This document shows, one piece after another, positions 44,913-57,749 of a DNA stretch of 63,832 nucleotides. The position numbers and the translations under genes are program-made. This stretch comes from Paraspadella gotoi (Eukaryota; Animalia; Chaetognatha), in contig CM119265.1 in assembly GCA_051294375.1 (NCBI GenBank), positions 62,169 through 126,000 of the forward strand, read 5' to 3'. Positions within the stretch are counted from its first letter, which is position 1, and every line of letters begins with the position of its first letter. The notes below the pieces were generated by a model. It made no database searches and was not told where the DNA came from. It saw nothing but the letters and a program-made list of their open reading frames with translations.

Positions 44913-45252
44913 CTGACAATCGGAGCGTCTTCTCCCAGGCATCCTCGGTCTTCCTCCCGCCAGCTCCGATTGCCAGTGGCCTAATTGTACAGTATTTTAC
45001 AAATTTGATTATTATTTTACAAAGTTTAGTAATTTTTGGTTGTTATGGAATTTTTTGAAATGTTATGGAATGACGATGGAGTAATTTTTGCACGTTTAAA
45101 CCGGTCTTTAGACCAAATTTTTATTTTTCGTTGTATATAGAAGTATATATATTTTAGAGAAATTAATTATCAACACACAAGTCAAACACACAGATGGACG
45201 ACAACTAATTTTGTTATAATATGTTATTACCCATTATTACAACAGGGGGGCA

Positions 45253-45947
45253 TGCGGCCACCTGAGACAATTAATTTCGGTGTATTCCAGAGTTGGATTC
45301 GAACCATCGAACTCAGGCCTGGGACGCTGGGACTATGAGCAATCAGCACCAGGAAGGCCATGAGTCTTAGATGATTAAAACAGATCTTATAGGCTTTAAT
45401 CCTTCTTCTTCGAAGCCAGCCTTTTGTTTTCAACTCAGATCAACTGATTTGTTCACACAATCAAATAGATGGCTTCCCGCCTTTTCAAACTGATTAGTTT
45501 CAACTGATTGTTACCTGAAAATCGATTTCTCTGATTATAGTCACTCTGGTTTTTAATCTCGAAATAAAACGTTGATCTTTCACAATAAAAAACATTGTTT
45601 TTAATTCTTCTCTCAATGTAAATAATACATTCCTTCAAAGAGAAAAACCTTATTGTTGAAACTCTCTCAATTTGAATTCGAATTCTTAATAATCAAGTAA
45701 ATATCTTCTACAATGATTTAAACTTCGATTTAAAATATTCAAACTGATTTAAAACTCATTCGACTTGATTTTAACCTCGATATTAAAATATCAAATTGAA
45801 AACATCAACTCTGTTATAATGTGAGCACGCTTTCCCTGCCCGGCAGGTTCATCTTCACTTGAAGTGGATTCACTTACTCGATTAGTTACGCGTCACGTTC
45901 CTGTCACGCCACGAGTCACGCTGTGGTGACCTCGATGTCGAGCCACA
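45253..45947 (+). repeat. 3' LTR of B3
   Basis: TGCGGCC...GCCACA after the PPT; GGATTCGAACC at 45295-45305. Confidence 0.93.
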
Positions 45948-46541
45948 TGGGTTAGGGTTAGGGTTAGGTTAGGGTTTAAGGGTTAGGGTTAGGGGTTAGG
46001 GTTAGGGGTTAGGGTGTAGGGTTAGGGTTAGGTTAGGGTTGGGTTAGGGTTAGGGTTAGGGTTAGGGTTAGGGTTAGAGGGTTAGGGTTGGTTAGGGTTA
46101 GGGTTAGGGTGTTAGGGTTAGTAGGGTTAGGGTTAGGGTTAGGGTTTAGGCGTTTAGGGTTAGGGGTTAGGTTTAAGGGTTAGGGGGTTAGGGGTTTAGG
46201 GTTAGGGTTAGGGTTAGGGTTAGGTAGTTAGGGTTAGGGTTAGGGAGGGTTAGGTTAGGGTTAGGTTAGGGTTAGGGTTAGGGTTAGGGTTGTGTGGTGG
46301 GTTAGGGGGTTAGGGGTTAGGGTTAGGGTTAGGGTTAGGGTTAGGTGTTAGCGGGTTAGGGTTAGGGTTAGGTTAGGGTTAGGTGGTTAGGGTTAGGGTT
46401 AGGGTAGGGTTAGGGTTAGGGTTAGGGTTGGGGTTTAGGTTAGGGGTTAGGGTTAGGGTTAGGGGGTTAGGTTTAGGGTTAGGGTTAGGGGTTAGGGTTA
46501 GGGTTAGGGGTTAGGGTTAGTGGTTAGGGTTAGGGTTAGGG

Positions 46542-46578
<37 letters not shown>

Positions 46579-46617
46579 GTTAGGGTTTTAGGGTTAGGGT
46601 TTAGGTTAGGTTAGGGT
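45948..46617 (+). repeat. (TTAGGG)n tract 4 (noisy)
   Basis: tandem TTAGGG with variant units. Confidence 0.98.
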
Positions 46618-47051
46618 TGTAGCCTGTGACCGCAGAAAAATAATAATAATATTTTTATAATAACCGAATCATTAATTATTAATTAATTAATCCTTCCATG
46701 ATTAATATCCTTCTATTACGAGTCCTCTGATAATTAATTACGAGTTATAAATAACACTTACCTGATCGGATTCGAACCAGCGACCTAGCGGCCCATAGTC
46801 CGATGCTCTAACCACTTGGCCGCCGAGACACTTTAGTTACAAATGATTGGAACTTCCTCATATTGAATTCTGAAAGCTCCCGACGTCCCTTTTGTTTTAT
46901 ATATCGAATCCAAGGGCCTTCGTTATCGTTATTAATCCAAAATGGCCGCTGCTGATAAGCAGATGATATTTGTAACCTTTACAGAGACGATTCGGTTATA
47001 AGTCACTTCTCTTTGATCCTGTAACTCTGCCAGGGTATTCGCCTATCTACA
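46618..47051 (+). repeat. 5' LTR of A5, with antisense A/B-box module at 46759-46831
   Basis: direct repeat of 52724-53158; reverse complement has CGGCCAAGTGG and GGTTCGAATCC. Confidence 0.93.
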
Positions 47052-47357
47052 ACTGGTGAGCCCAACTCGAACTGATTTACCAACCTCTGATACTTATCTC
47101 AAAACCTACCGCCAATCTTACTGAGCTTAGAACTTATTCATCGAAAATGAGTCTTTTCCTCTAAACTGAATAAACAACTAATAAATCAAACAAAACAGAA
47201 GAAAACGGAGGACAACGTTTCCAAGAGGTCGTTCAGCGGATCCAATCGTCTCCTCAGGTAGGCAAGACGTGAAGCATTAGGCTAATTTTCCTTGCCTATC
47301 TCTCACCACGACCTTCCTCCCTTTTCTTTCCCCCTTTCCAACGCCATCAACTGACGA

Positions 47358-48449
47358 ATGAGTGGCCCTGCCGGCAGCACCCGCGCACGAATCGCGCAAA
47401 CCAGCAGCACCAGTGAAGCTTCTCCAGGTGCTCCAGACAACGCCGCCTTCCTTCAACCTCCACCTTCCGCTGCAATTGGATTTGGGCGTGGCAGACGCTC
47501 TCCAAACGCGATCGCCGCCCAAGGCAACTTCAATTTCCAACCGACGTCTCCATTCGCCGCCCACATGGCCGCCGCCGCGGCGCCAGATCCTCAGGAGGAA
47601 CTCGTCCGCGCCCTCGCCGCCACGCTCTCTGCATCCCTTCAGGGCATGTCTCTTAAGAAGCCTAAGTTACCCGACTTCGACGCTGATANNNNNNNNNNGT
47701 GGATACAGCGAGTGGAGGCGGCCTACACTCGCGCAGGCACCTCCACAGCCAAGGAAAAGTNNNNNNNNNNAGAGGACAAGTTCGCTGTCGACTTTAACCC
47801 TCGCGTTAACGCCTTTCTCTTCGGAACGGCCGACGACACCCAATGGACAGCTTTCCTCGATTATCTCAGGACCGAATATGGCCGAACTCGGTCACAACAA
47901 GCGTCATCTCTGATCGATGGCACTCGTCGAGAGGGCCGTCGACCTTCTCAGCTCCTCGCCATCATGAAGGAGAAGGCGGGGAAAGTCACAGTGGATGATA
48001 TCCTCAAAGAATTACTCCTACGCGAATTACCAACGGAAATTCAGCGAAATCTAGCGGAGAGAGTCGAATCCGTCGACGCCGAGACGGCCGCCAAATTCGC
48101 CGACGCTTACTTCGACAAAGAAGGAAAACCTCTACACTCAGCGTCATCAACGGCGGCCTTCGCCGTCAATCAGCCGATTCCCAATCTGATGCAGGACGAC
48201 ACCTTTTCAAATGACGACATAAACGCCGTCAATCGACCTCGTCAAGGTCAAGCAGCCCGTCGACCTTTCAGCGCAGCACGTCGACCAGCGAATCCCGATA
48301 AGGCAACTATGGATCATAGCCATCAGTCGAAAACGTCAAAAGTAGAAATATGCTACTATCATCGAAAATTCGGCGACTNNNNNNNNNNATGTGAGTCAGG
48401 CTGTTTCCGTTATCGCACGGAAAACTCGAAGGCCGGCGNNNNNNNNNNA
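47358..48449 (+). CDS. gag: Gag of A5 (end obscured by Ns)
   Basis: MSGPAG start; CYYHRKFGD....CESGC. Confidence 0.88.
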
Positions 48450-51400
48450 ACGCCATCCCGACCGGCCCAATTATCAACAGCAACGATGCCCTTCTCTTCG
48501 TTCACGATAGCGACAACAAACTCACGTGGCTCGTCGACGGCGGCGCCACAGTGTCCATCGTTCCCCCAACTAAACAAGAGAGAGAACGAGGAGAAAATAA
48601 AACTAAACTCAGGGCAGCTAACGGATCTCCCATTCCCTGTTTTGGTTACAAGGACGTCCAGGTCCGTCTCGGAGGTAGAAAATTTCCCTTCACTGTAACC
48701 ATTGCAGAAGTCACTCAACCCATATTAGGCTCAGACTTTTTGGCTGAGCACTATCTCGCCCCAAACCATCGAGATGGTTTTTTAATAGACCTGCAGAATT
48801 TTAGTACAATCCCAGCATCAAAAGCAAATAAGCAACAACCTTTAAGGGTAAATTTCGTCGATCAGGCCGACGACCCCTATTATAAGTTATTAGATACTTA
48901 CCATGACCTTTGCACTCCATCGTTTCAACCAAAGGACCCTAAACATGGAGTGAGACATTACATTCCCACAACAGGTCGTCCAGTTCAATCGCGAGCCCGT
49001 CGATTGGCCCCCGACAAACTCGAGGTGGCCAAGAAGGAGCTGGACAAACTCTGCGAACTAGGCATCGCCCGCCGCGCCAAAAGCGAGTGGGCGTCGCCCT
49101 TGCTCGTCGTCAACAAACCGGACGGCGGTTACCGCGTTTGTGGAGACTTTCGTCGCCTAAACAACGCCACCCTCGACGACAAATACCCGGTGAAAACCCT
49201 TAACGACTTCAACGCCAACTTGTGTGGAAAGAAAGTCTTCAGTAAAATCGATTTACTGAAGGGTTATCACCAGATACCCGTGGCCGACGAGGACATACAA
49301 AAAACCGGCGTCATAACTCCATTCGGCTTATATGTCTTCCCTAGGACCCCGTTCGGTCTAAAGAACGCGGGTCAAGACTTTCAACGCTTGATGGATGAAA
49401 TTCTTGATGGACTTCCCTACGTCTTTGTGTATATCGATGATATACTGGTCGCCTCCAAAAATCACGAGGAACACGAGAAACACCTCCGAGAAGTTTTCGA
49501 TACACTTCACCAAAACGGTCTTGTTGTCAACAGACAGAAATGTGTATTGGGAAAGCCTTCTCTAGAATTTTTAGGCTACCACGTAGACGCCAACGGGATC
49601 TCCCCACTACCAGGGAGAGTGGCCGCCATTAACGAGACCACACCACCCACAACCATAAAGGAACTCCAAAGGTTCCTGGGGATGATCAATTATTATAGGC
49701 GATTCATCCCCAGGTCAGCTCATCACCTCTATCCACTCTTCGAGGCATTGAAAACAAAAACGAGGCCACGCACCTTAGACTGGACGCCAGCTTGCCAACA
49801 AGCTTTTGATTCCATTAAGCAAGCACTCGCTAAGGCCACAATGCTTTGCCATCCTCGACCAGGTGCATCCCTAGNNNNNNNNNNTGACGCCTCAAACACG
49901 GCAATAGGCGCCGTATTGGAACAAAGAGGCCCTCGTGGCTGGGAGCCACTGGCATTTTTTTCTGCCAAACTACAAAAGAGTCAACAATTATGGCCTCCAT
50001 TCGATCGGGAATTGCTCGCAGCATGGCGAGCCATTCGCCACTTCAGAACCATGATCGAAGGCCAAAAATTCACACTCTACACAGACCACAAATCGTTGAT
50101 TCCAGCATTAGCAAAAAAATCAGAGCCACACACGGCACGACAAACTTACCAGCTCGCCGGCATAGCGGAATTTACCACCGATATACAATACCTCGCCGGC
50201 AAAGCAAACGTCGTCGCCGATTCTCTGTCTCGACCAAATGCTGAGAAAAATCCGAATTCGAATCCTTCTCCTCCTACTCCTTCTTCTCCCCCTCCCTCAC
50301 CCACTCCCCAACCTCTCTTCCCTTCTTTCTCTGCCCCCATTCCCTCTCCTCCCCCAATTGTAGCTACAATCGACAAAGAAGTCCCCACGGAGAAGCAACA
50401 AGATCTCGATCAACTCGTTTACTCAATCCTTCAACACGGTTTGGACATGCAAAAGATGGCCGTCGACCAGCCACTGGACGCCGAGTTTCGACGCATCACA
50501 ACCGACGCTAGTTCCAGCCTCCGTTTCCGCCGGATCCCGATTGGAGAAACGTCTATCACAGTCGACATTAGTAATGGCCCTCCTCGCCCCTTCGTGCCAT
50601 TCTCCTGGCGCCGTCGAGTCTTCGAGACGGTCCACAATCTGGGCCATCCCGGCGTCGAGAGGACACGACAAACAATCAGCGAAAAATTCGTGTGGCCCTC
50701 AATGCGCGCCGATGTCTCTCGGTGGGCTCGAGAGTGCCACGAATGTCAGCGGTCCAAAGTAACGCGAAATACGGTGCGGAAATAGGCACCTTCGAAACTC
50801 CCTGAGCGCCGCTTCAATATATTCAACGTCGACATCGTGACCCTTCCATCATCGAACGGATTTAACTATGTCTTAACGGCCGTCGACAGATTCACTCGAT
50901 GGCCGACAGCTATCCCCATGAAGGATATCGCAGCCAAGACCGTCGCCGACGCTCTCGTCCATGGCTGGATATCCTCCTTCGGAGTGCCGGCCACTATTAC
51001 AACAGATCGAGGTTCCCAATTCCTCTCCTCGACATGGCGACAATTATTATCTTCATGGGGAATTTCTCACAACTTAACTACAGCCTACCATCCCCAATCG
51101 AACGGCCTCGTAGAGAGGTTCCACCGGCGCTTAAAAGAAGCCCTCATCGCTCTCGGCGCTGATTCACGAGGAGATTGGTATTGGCGACTTCCCTGCGCCC
51201 TTCTCGCCATCAGGACGACGCTCAAACCTGACGTCGGCGCCTCTCCAGCCGAACTCGTATATGGAGAAGCAATAGCGGTCCCTGGGGACCTAATTTCGAC
51301 TCAGACCGGAAGTGACGCCCGCGAGAGAGAGCAACGACGCCGCACACTCGCCAATTTGCGCCTCGAGGTCTCACGTCTACAACCAGCTCCAACGACAACT

Positions 51401-52240
51401 CACCGTCAACCTCGCGTGCATCTTCCCGACGCCTTACGACACGCCTCACACGTATACGTCCGTAGAGGAGGCGTGGCCACGTCTTTATCGGCGCCATATC
51501 TCGGACCATATCGCGTAATCTCTCGTGATCAATTAACTTTTAAAATCGAAATCCCTGGACGACAAAACGAAAACGTTTCAATCTCTCGCCTAAAACCCGC
51601 TTTCGAGGCGGACGACGACGCCGGAAATGACGCCAGCGGCGGCGCTAGGTCCACCACGCACGCCGTCGCCTCCTCCCTCGGCCCCCGCCGGGCCGGCGTC
51701 CCGGAATCAGAAGCCGTTTCCCCGCTCCATCAACTCGGAATCTTCGATCAAGTACAACCGAGAACTCGTCCGCTCCGTCCTCCTCCTCTCTCCTCCTCCT
51801 CCTCCTCCCTCCCCCCCCCTCACCTGCCCCCCTACCTCCCCGCGACCACATCGACCTTCACTTCCCTCCCTGGTCGATTTCCCCCTTAAAACATAAAAAA
51901 AACAAACCGGGCCAAAAAGTAAACAAAGATGTAAACAAACCGGTAAGATCAAGAGGAGGAAGAGCAATTCGACGCCAACGAAGACGATTCCAGCCCAACG
52001 CAACACGAGGCATCCCCGGAGACGATCCCCTTCCTGCCCTCGTCCCCTCGTCGCTTCCCTCGCCTCATATATTCTCGAAACCAACGCCCGATAATTTTTT
52101 CATATCGAGCGGCGAGGCGTCAAAATTCGCCTTCAAACGTCAACTCCACTCGCCGTCCTACTCGGCGGTCGCTAGCACCATGTGCTCCAGCAAATCAACA
52201 ACGAGGAGACCTCTCCATCACAAACTCGAACGGGTCAGTG
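48446..52240 (+). CDS. pol: Pol of A5 (frameshifts near 50780-50830 and in the tail, likely sequence error)
   Basis: ORFs 48551-50785 and 50837-51889; the tail reads cleanly in the duplicate at 53818-54522. Confidence 0.88.
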
Positions 52241-52723
52241 AATCACAAAACTCATTCTTTTTCAGTTAACCTGGTGAAATTCAATCCTGTCCTGAATTCA
52301 CCCTTTCAAAAAAACTTTAAATTACATTTTTTCAATTTCAATTGTCGTTTATTTCACTCGAATACATCTCGAAATATTTTTAATTATGTTAAACGTTAAT
52401 AAGAACGTTACATAATCATCGAATTAATCGCGAATCTCGTTACTCATCCTAATCATCAAAAATTTAAAACCCGTTACTCGTTCCAAATTATTTATCACCG
52501 TTTACTATCGTTTATCATCTTTAAAAAACGATTCGATTTTTACTTAGCTTGAACGACAGTGTATACTACTATTCTAACGTGTTTTACCTATACCTTTTAA
52601 AAAACTTAGATCACAATCGTAGTAAATACTTTTATTAACAAACGATCTTTATTCACAAAGGCTTTTTAAACTTTAGATAAAATCGCGCCAAAATATTTTT
52701 TCCCCTAATTTTATCTGGGGGCG

Positions 52724-53158
52724 TGTAGCCTTTGACCTGGCAGAAAAAATAATAATAATTATTTTTATAATAACCGAATCAATTATTTAATTAATTAATC
52801 TCCATGTAATATCCTTCTATTACGAGTCTCTGATAATTAATTACGAGTTATAAATAACACTTACCTGATCGGATTCGAACCAGCGACCTAGCGGCCCATA
52901 AGTCCGATGCTCTAACCACTTGGCCGCCGAGACACTTTAGTTACAAATGATTGGAACTTCCTCATATGAATTCTGGAGAAAGCTCCCGACGTCCCTTTTG
53001 TTTTATATATCGAATCCAAGGGCCTTCGTTATCGTTATTAATCCAAAATGGCCGCTGCTGATAAGCAGATGATATTGTTAACCTTTACAGAGACGATTCG
53101 GTTATAAGTCACTTCTCTTTGATCCTGTAACTCTGCCAGGGGTATTCGCCTATCTACA
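52724..53158 (+). repeat. 3' LTR of A5
   Basis: TGTAG...CTACA; A/B-box module at 52862-52935. Confidence 0.93.
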
Positions 53159-53289
53159 GGCTTAGGGTTAGGGTTAGGTTAGGGTTAGGGTTTAGTGTAG
53201 GGTAAGGTTTTGGGGTTAGGGTAAGGGTTAGGGTTAGGGTTAGGTTAGGGTTAGGTTAGGGTTAGGGTTAGGGTTAGGGTTAGGTTAGG
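53159..53289 (+). repeat. (TTAGGG)n tract 5
   Basis: tandem TTAGGG, noisy. Confidence 0.97.
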
Positions 53290-53413
53290 TGTCGTGGCTC
53301 CGAGTGGCGTTGATACGCCACGAGATGACGCGACAACTGAGGGTGGCTACACTAAGCAAGCGTAGCGAGTGACTCCTTCGTGACGAGTTAGCGTAGCGCA
53401 GGGAAAGTGACAC
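53290..53413 (-). mobile_element. U5 end of a family B LTR in reverse orientation, running into a gap
   Basis: homologous to 14812-14937 (CTCCGAGTGGCGTTGATACGC...GCGCAGGGAAAGTGA); no PBS adjacent. Confidence 0.8.
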
Positions 53414-53513
53414 NNNNNNNNNNNNNNNNNNNNNNNNNNNNNNNNNNNNNNNNNNNNNNNNNNNNNNNNNNNNNNNNNNNNNNNNNNNNNNNNNNNNNNN
53501 NNNNNNNNNNNNN

Positions 53514-54522
53514 AAAAGGTATATAAAACACTAAGTGTTCAACTAAGTAAAAATCGAATCGTTTTTTAAAGATGATAAACGATAGTAAACGGTGATAAAT
53601 AATTTGGACGAGTAACGGGTTTTAAAATTTTTGATGATTAGGATGAGTAACGAGATTCGCGATTAATTCGATGATTATAGTAACGTTCTTATTAACGTTT
53701 AACATATTAAAAATATTTCGAGATGTATCGAGTGAAATAAACGACAATTGAAATTGAAAAAAATAAATTTAAAGTTTTTGAAAGGGTGAATTCAGGACAG
53801 GATTGAATTTCACCAGGTTAACGAAAAAGAATGAGTTTGNNNNNNNNNNGACCCGTTCGAGTTTGTGATGGAGAGGTCTCCTCGTTGTTGATTTGCTGGA
53901 GCACATGTGCTAGCACCGCCGAGTAGGAACGGCGAGTGGAGTTGACGTTTGAAGGCGAATTTTGACGCCTCGCCGCTCGATATGAAAAATTATCGGGCGT
54001 TGGTTTCGAGAATATATGAGGGCGAGGGGAGCGACGAGGGGACGAGGCAGGAAGGGGATCGTCTCCGGGGATGCCTCGTGCTTGCGTTGGGCTGGAATCG
54101 TCTTCGTTGGCGTCGAATTGCTCTTCCTCCTCTTGATCTTCCGGTTTGTTTACATCTTTGTTTACTTTTTGGCCCGGTTTGTTTATTTTATGTTTTAAAG
54201 GGGGAAAATCGACCAGGGAAGGGAAGTGAAGGGTCGATGTTGGTCGGGGGGAGGTAGGGGGAGGGGNNNNNNNNNNNNNNNNNNNNGGAGGAGGAGGAGG
54301 AGGAGGAGGAGGAGCGGACGAGTTCTCGGTTGTACTTGATCGAAGATTCCGAGTTGATGGAGCGGGGAAACGGCTTCTGATTCCGGGACGCCGGCCCGGC
54401 GGGGGCGGCGAGGGAGGAGGCGACGGCGTGCGTGGTGGACTAGCGCCGCCGCTGGCGTCATTTCCGGCGTCGTCGTCCGCCTCGAAAGCGGGTTTTAGGC
54501 GAGAGATTGAAACGTTTTCGTT
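53514..54522 (-). other. inverted duplicate of the A5 integrase tail and 3' UTR between two gaps
   Basis: reverse complement of about 51569-52597; bounded by 100-N gaps. Confidence 0.85.
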
Positions 54523-54622
54523 NNNNNNNNNNNNNNNNNNNNNNNNNNNNNNNNNNNNNNNNNNNNNNNNNNNNNNNNNNNNNNNNNNNNNNNNNNNNNN
54601 NNNNNNNNNNNNNNNNNNNNNN

Positions 54623-55938
54623 GGTTTTCTAGTAAAAAACATGAAATGTTCTTGAATGTCATGCAAAAAAAGTCTTTTGATGCATATGATGATAAACGAT
54701 TTATACTTTAGCTCATGGACATTATAAAGTTCCATTTATCAAAGAACAATGGAATGAAGATTTGAATAGTCTTGTTAAATTGATATAATTTTTTTTAGAA
54801 TGACGATGTGTCCAATTCAACTGGAGATTGAGATGGATTTTTTAAAGTAATAGGGTTTTTTTAATTTTTCTTCAATTTTTTTTCTTATCTGTGGGACATT
54901 GTTTTAAAACATTGTTTGTAAGCACTTAGCCTCTAACCTAATTTGTTACCTTACATTCATGCTGGGGCGCAAGCCATTCTCACTCTTCAAAAATAAAGAA
55001 TCAATCCAAAAAAAAAAAAAAAAAATAAATCACGAGATTTAATAAATATAATCACGAGCAGCAGCCAACATGACGTGAGTTAGTAGAGAGAGACGCGAGC
55101 TTTATAGATAGAGAGAGCCAAGAGCGGAGTCAAAAGCTGTTACAAATCAGATAATTTCAATGTTTAGAATCATTTCAAAAAGTTACAGAATATTCCTTCA
55201 TCATGGTTACCCTAATGTTTCCTGGGCAATCTCCTACAGAAGTTTAACGATCTATTGCTTTCATACTTCTTTAAATGGAAAGAGACCAATTAAAAACGAT
55301 GTTCGCACTCTTTGAGAATACTACAGATAATGTGATCAGAAAGGTCTCGCCAATCAGGAATTAAGAACCAAATAATAACCCAATGAAATCACAGAATAGA
55401 AGGACCCGCGAGTTGTGAGAATTTAAGCTAGTACTTATTGTATTCATATAAAACCGAATATTAACTTTCGAAAAAACTAATTAATATTAATAAACTATTT
55501 AACACTTATCAATTAATTTTTAACAAACATTTTTGATTTTTTCATTTAGAACAAAGTTTTTGAAAAGAGATAAACAATGATTTTATTTCAAATTTTTTCA
55601 AATAAATCACAATGAAACAGAAAGGAAAAATACATAATGATTTTTTCATAAAGAAATAATTAAGAGTTTTTTTATTTAGTACTATTTTTTTAGTTTATAA
55701 AATTTTATAAAAACTTCTCTAGATTCTTTAATCACAGTTTCAATTTCATCTGCATTGGGAGTTTAATTGAGATATGCCCCTATATTTTTTTTCAAAAAGT
55801 TTACAAGTAAATTTGTAAAAATGTAAATGTTTTAGTTTAAAAATATTTACTTATTAAATATGAATAAAATGTAGACTTATGTTAATGCTGGTTTATTGCA
55901 TTTTCTTTTTAATTACAGAATAAAGTATCAATAATATG
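54623..55938. other. AT-rich segment with no similarity to the elements; possible host or subtelomeric DNA
   Basis: no long ORF, A-run near 55008-55025, not repeated elsewhere in the window. Confidence 0.55.
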
Positions 55939-56666
55939 TGCGGTCCACTCGATCGAATCCATTTCATTTGGGAAATAAATTCATCATTTATAAAGCTTTA
56001 AATAGAAGACGAGATCTTTTGTTTTACAAAAGATATATCTAACTTCTCCAAGATGTCTCCACATATTAAACCTTTTGTTTGATGACTGTTTACCTTTGTT
56101 ATTGATTTTAATTCTGTTCAGTTCGGTTTTGAATCTTGATTCAAATAGAATCTTTCATCAATTAAAAACTCGTTTTTATTATTCAACAAATGTAAAGCTA
56201 CATTAAGAAAGTGCTGAAATAAAAACTAAATGAACTCGTTAATGTTTCTAACCAATCAATAAAATCTGCCAACCAATCAATTCATCTCTAATCGAATCTT
56301 AGTTATTTCTCAATTGGTTAAACAAATAAACAATCATCTTAATGTTAAACGAATCACCTTCCCTGCGACTTAATCACCTCCGCTAATCACCTTCGGTTCC
56401 AACGTCTTAGGACTGACTCATTTCAGTTGGTCAGTCAACTTCGTTCATTGCTGTGGCCTGTCTCTGTGAGCTAACCACACTTGGTGAGCACCGACAAAGG
56501 ACGTTACCAACTTCAAACGGGAAAGTCGGCGACACCTAACCCTCCTCGAGGTAAGATTGGGTGAAGAGTGGGATTTTAGTGAGTTGCCCCCAATCTTCTC
56601 ACACTTTTCCCTTCTTTTTAAACTTTCCCTTCACGTGAATCGCTGGATCCGAATTCGACGCCGTCA

Positions 56667-57749
56667 ATGAGTGGGTCTGATCTAAGATCACGCTTACGCT
56701 CCGCTCAACGCGACGTCGACGAGCAGGGACAACGCCTCCAGATTCCTTGTGGATTCGGGAGAGGCGCTCGCTCGAGATCGACGTCTCCAATCTTTGCTGA
56801 CGTCGCACCGAACTTCGATTTCCCGACGGCCGGCGCCCACGATTTCGACGACGCCGACATGGCAACGGCCGACGCGACGCCGCGTAGCTTACGCGACGAA
56901 AACGACGAATTGCGCGCCGCCCTCGCCGCGGCGACGAGAGCATTGGAGAGAGCGTCTAATCGCAAACCGGATCTACCGGACTTCGACTCATCTAATATAG
57001 AGATCTGGATAAAGCGTGTAGAAGCCGCCTACACGCGCGCAGGGATCGTCAACCCCAGGAACAAGTTCGCCCACTTGGAATCGAAAATTGGGATAAACGT
57101 CGATCCCAAGATCAACCAATTTCTTTTCGGTGAAACCACTGAGGCGACTTGGGAAGAGTTTATCGCCTACTTACGCAGCGAATATGGACTAACGCGGCGC
57201 CAGCAAGCCGCGAATCTGCTCGACACCCTCGACACAGACGGCGCTAAACCCTCAAAAATCCTCGCCAAACTCGAAGAGAAAACAAGGTCTCTCACTATCG
57301 ACGACGTGAGAAAAGAAAAGATCCTGCGAGAACTCCCAAACGACATTCGACGCCAACTCGAGGAAAAGGCGGATAACCTCACCGCCAGCGAGTTATGTAA
57401 ACTGGCCGACCATCACTATGACAACGACGGCAACGTCAAACTGAAACAAACGTCGTCACTAATCAACAACGTCGAGAGAGATTTGCATAATCATCGCAAC
57501 TCGGACTCAGACGACGACGACGATGCAGTCAACGCAGTCGACGACCATCCTCGACGACACGCTGGAGGAAAGAAGCGTCAACATCCGGCGTCGAAAGGAA
57601 AAGCGAAACCCAAGGCTAAACTCGTCACTCTATGCACCAAACACGCAAGGTTCGGAGACGACACGTGGACGTGTGAAGCAGGCTGCTCTCGCTACGAGGA
57701 GTTCCAAAAGAAAAAAGAGGGAAACGCCAAGGGGGGACGCCGGCGGTGA
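56667..57749 (+). CDS. gag: Gag of B4 (360 aa)
   Basis: CTKHARFGDDTWTCEAGC CHCC motif; G_GGA_AAC at 57719-57725. Confidence 0.94.
   Translation: MSGSDLRSRLRSAQRDVDEQGQRLQIPCGFGRGARSRSTSPIFADVAPNFDFPTAGAHDFDDADMATADATPRSLRDENDELRAALAAATRALERASNRKPDLPDFDSSNIEIWIKRVEAAYTRAGIVNPRNKFAHLESKIGINVDPKINQFLFGETTEATWEEFIAYLRSEYGLTRRQQAANLLDTLDTDGAKPSKILAKLEEKTRSLTIDDVRKEKILRELPNDIRRQLEEKADNLTASELCKLADHHYDNDGNVKLKQTSSLINNVERDLHNHRNSDSDDDDDAVNAVDDHPRRHAGGKKRQHPASKGKAKPKAKLVTLCTKHARFGDDTWTCEAGCSRYEEFQKKKEGNAKGGRRR

Larger units (their letters stand above)
39179..45947 (+). mobile_element. complete Ty3/Gypsy element, family B copy B3, flanked by TTAGGG on both sides
   Basis: LTRs 39179-39879 and 45253-45947, PBS 39882, PPT 45244-45252, intact gag and pol. 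Confidence 0.97.
46618..53158 (+). mobile_element. full-length Ty3/Gypsy element, family A copy A5, flanked by TTAGGG on both sides
   Basis: LTRs 46618-47051 and 52724-53158, PBS 47054, PPT GGGGGCG before 52724. Confidence 0.96.

Noticed and set aside
44913-45252. env gene or extra ORF in the 3' regions
   Set aside because: 3' UTRs are short, AT-rich and share no ORF across copies.
55160-55315. Short ORF of about 50 codons (MFRIISKSY...) in the unique segment
   Set aside because: Too short, no recognisable domain and no supported exon structure.
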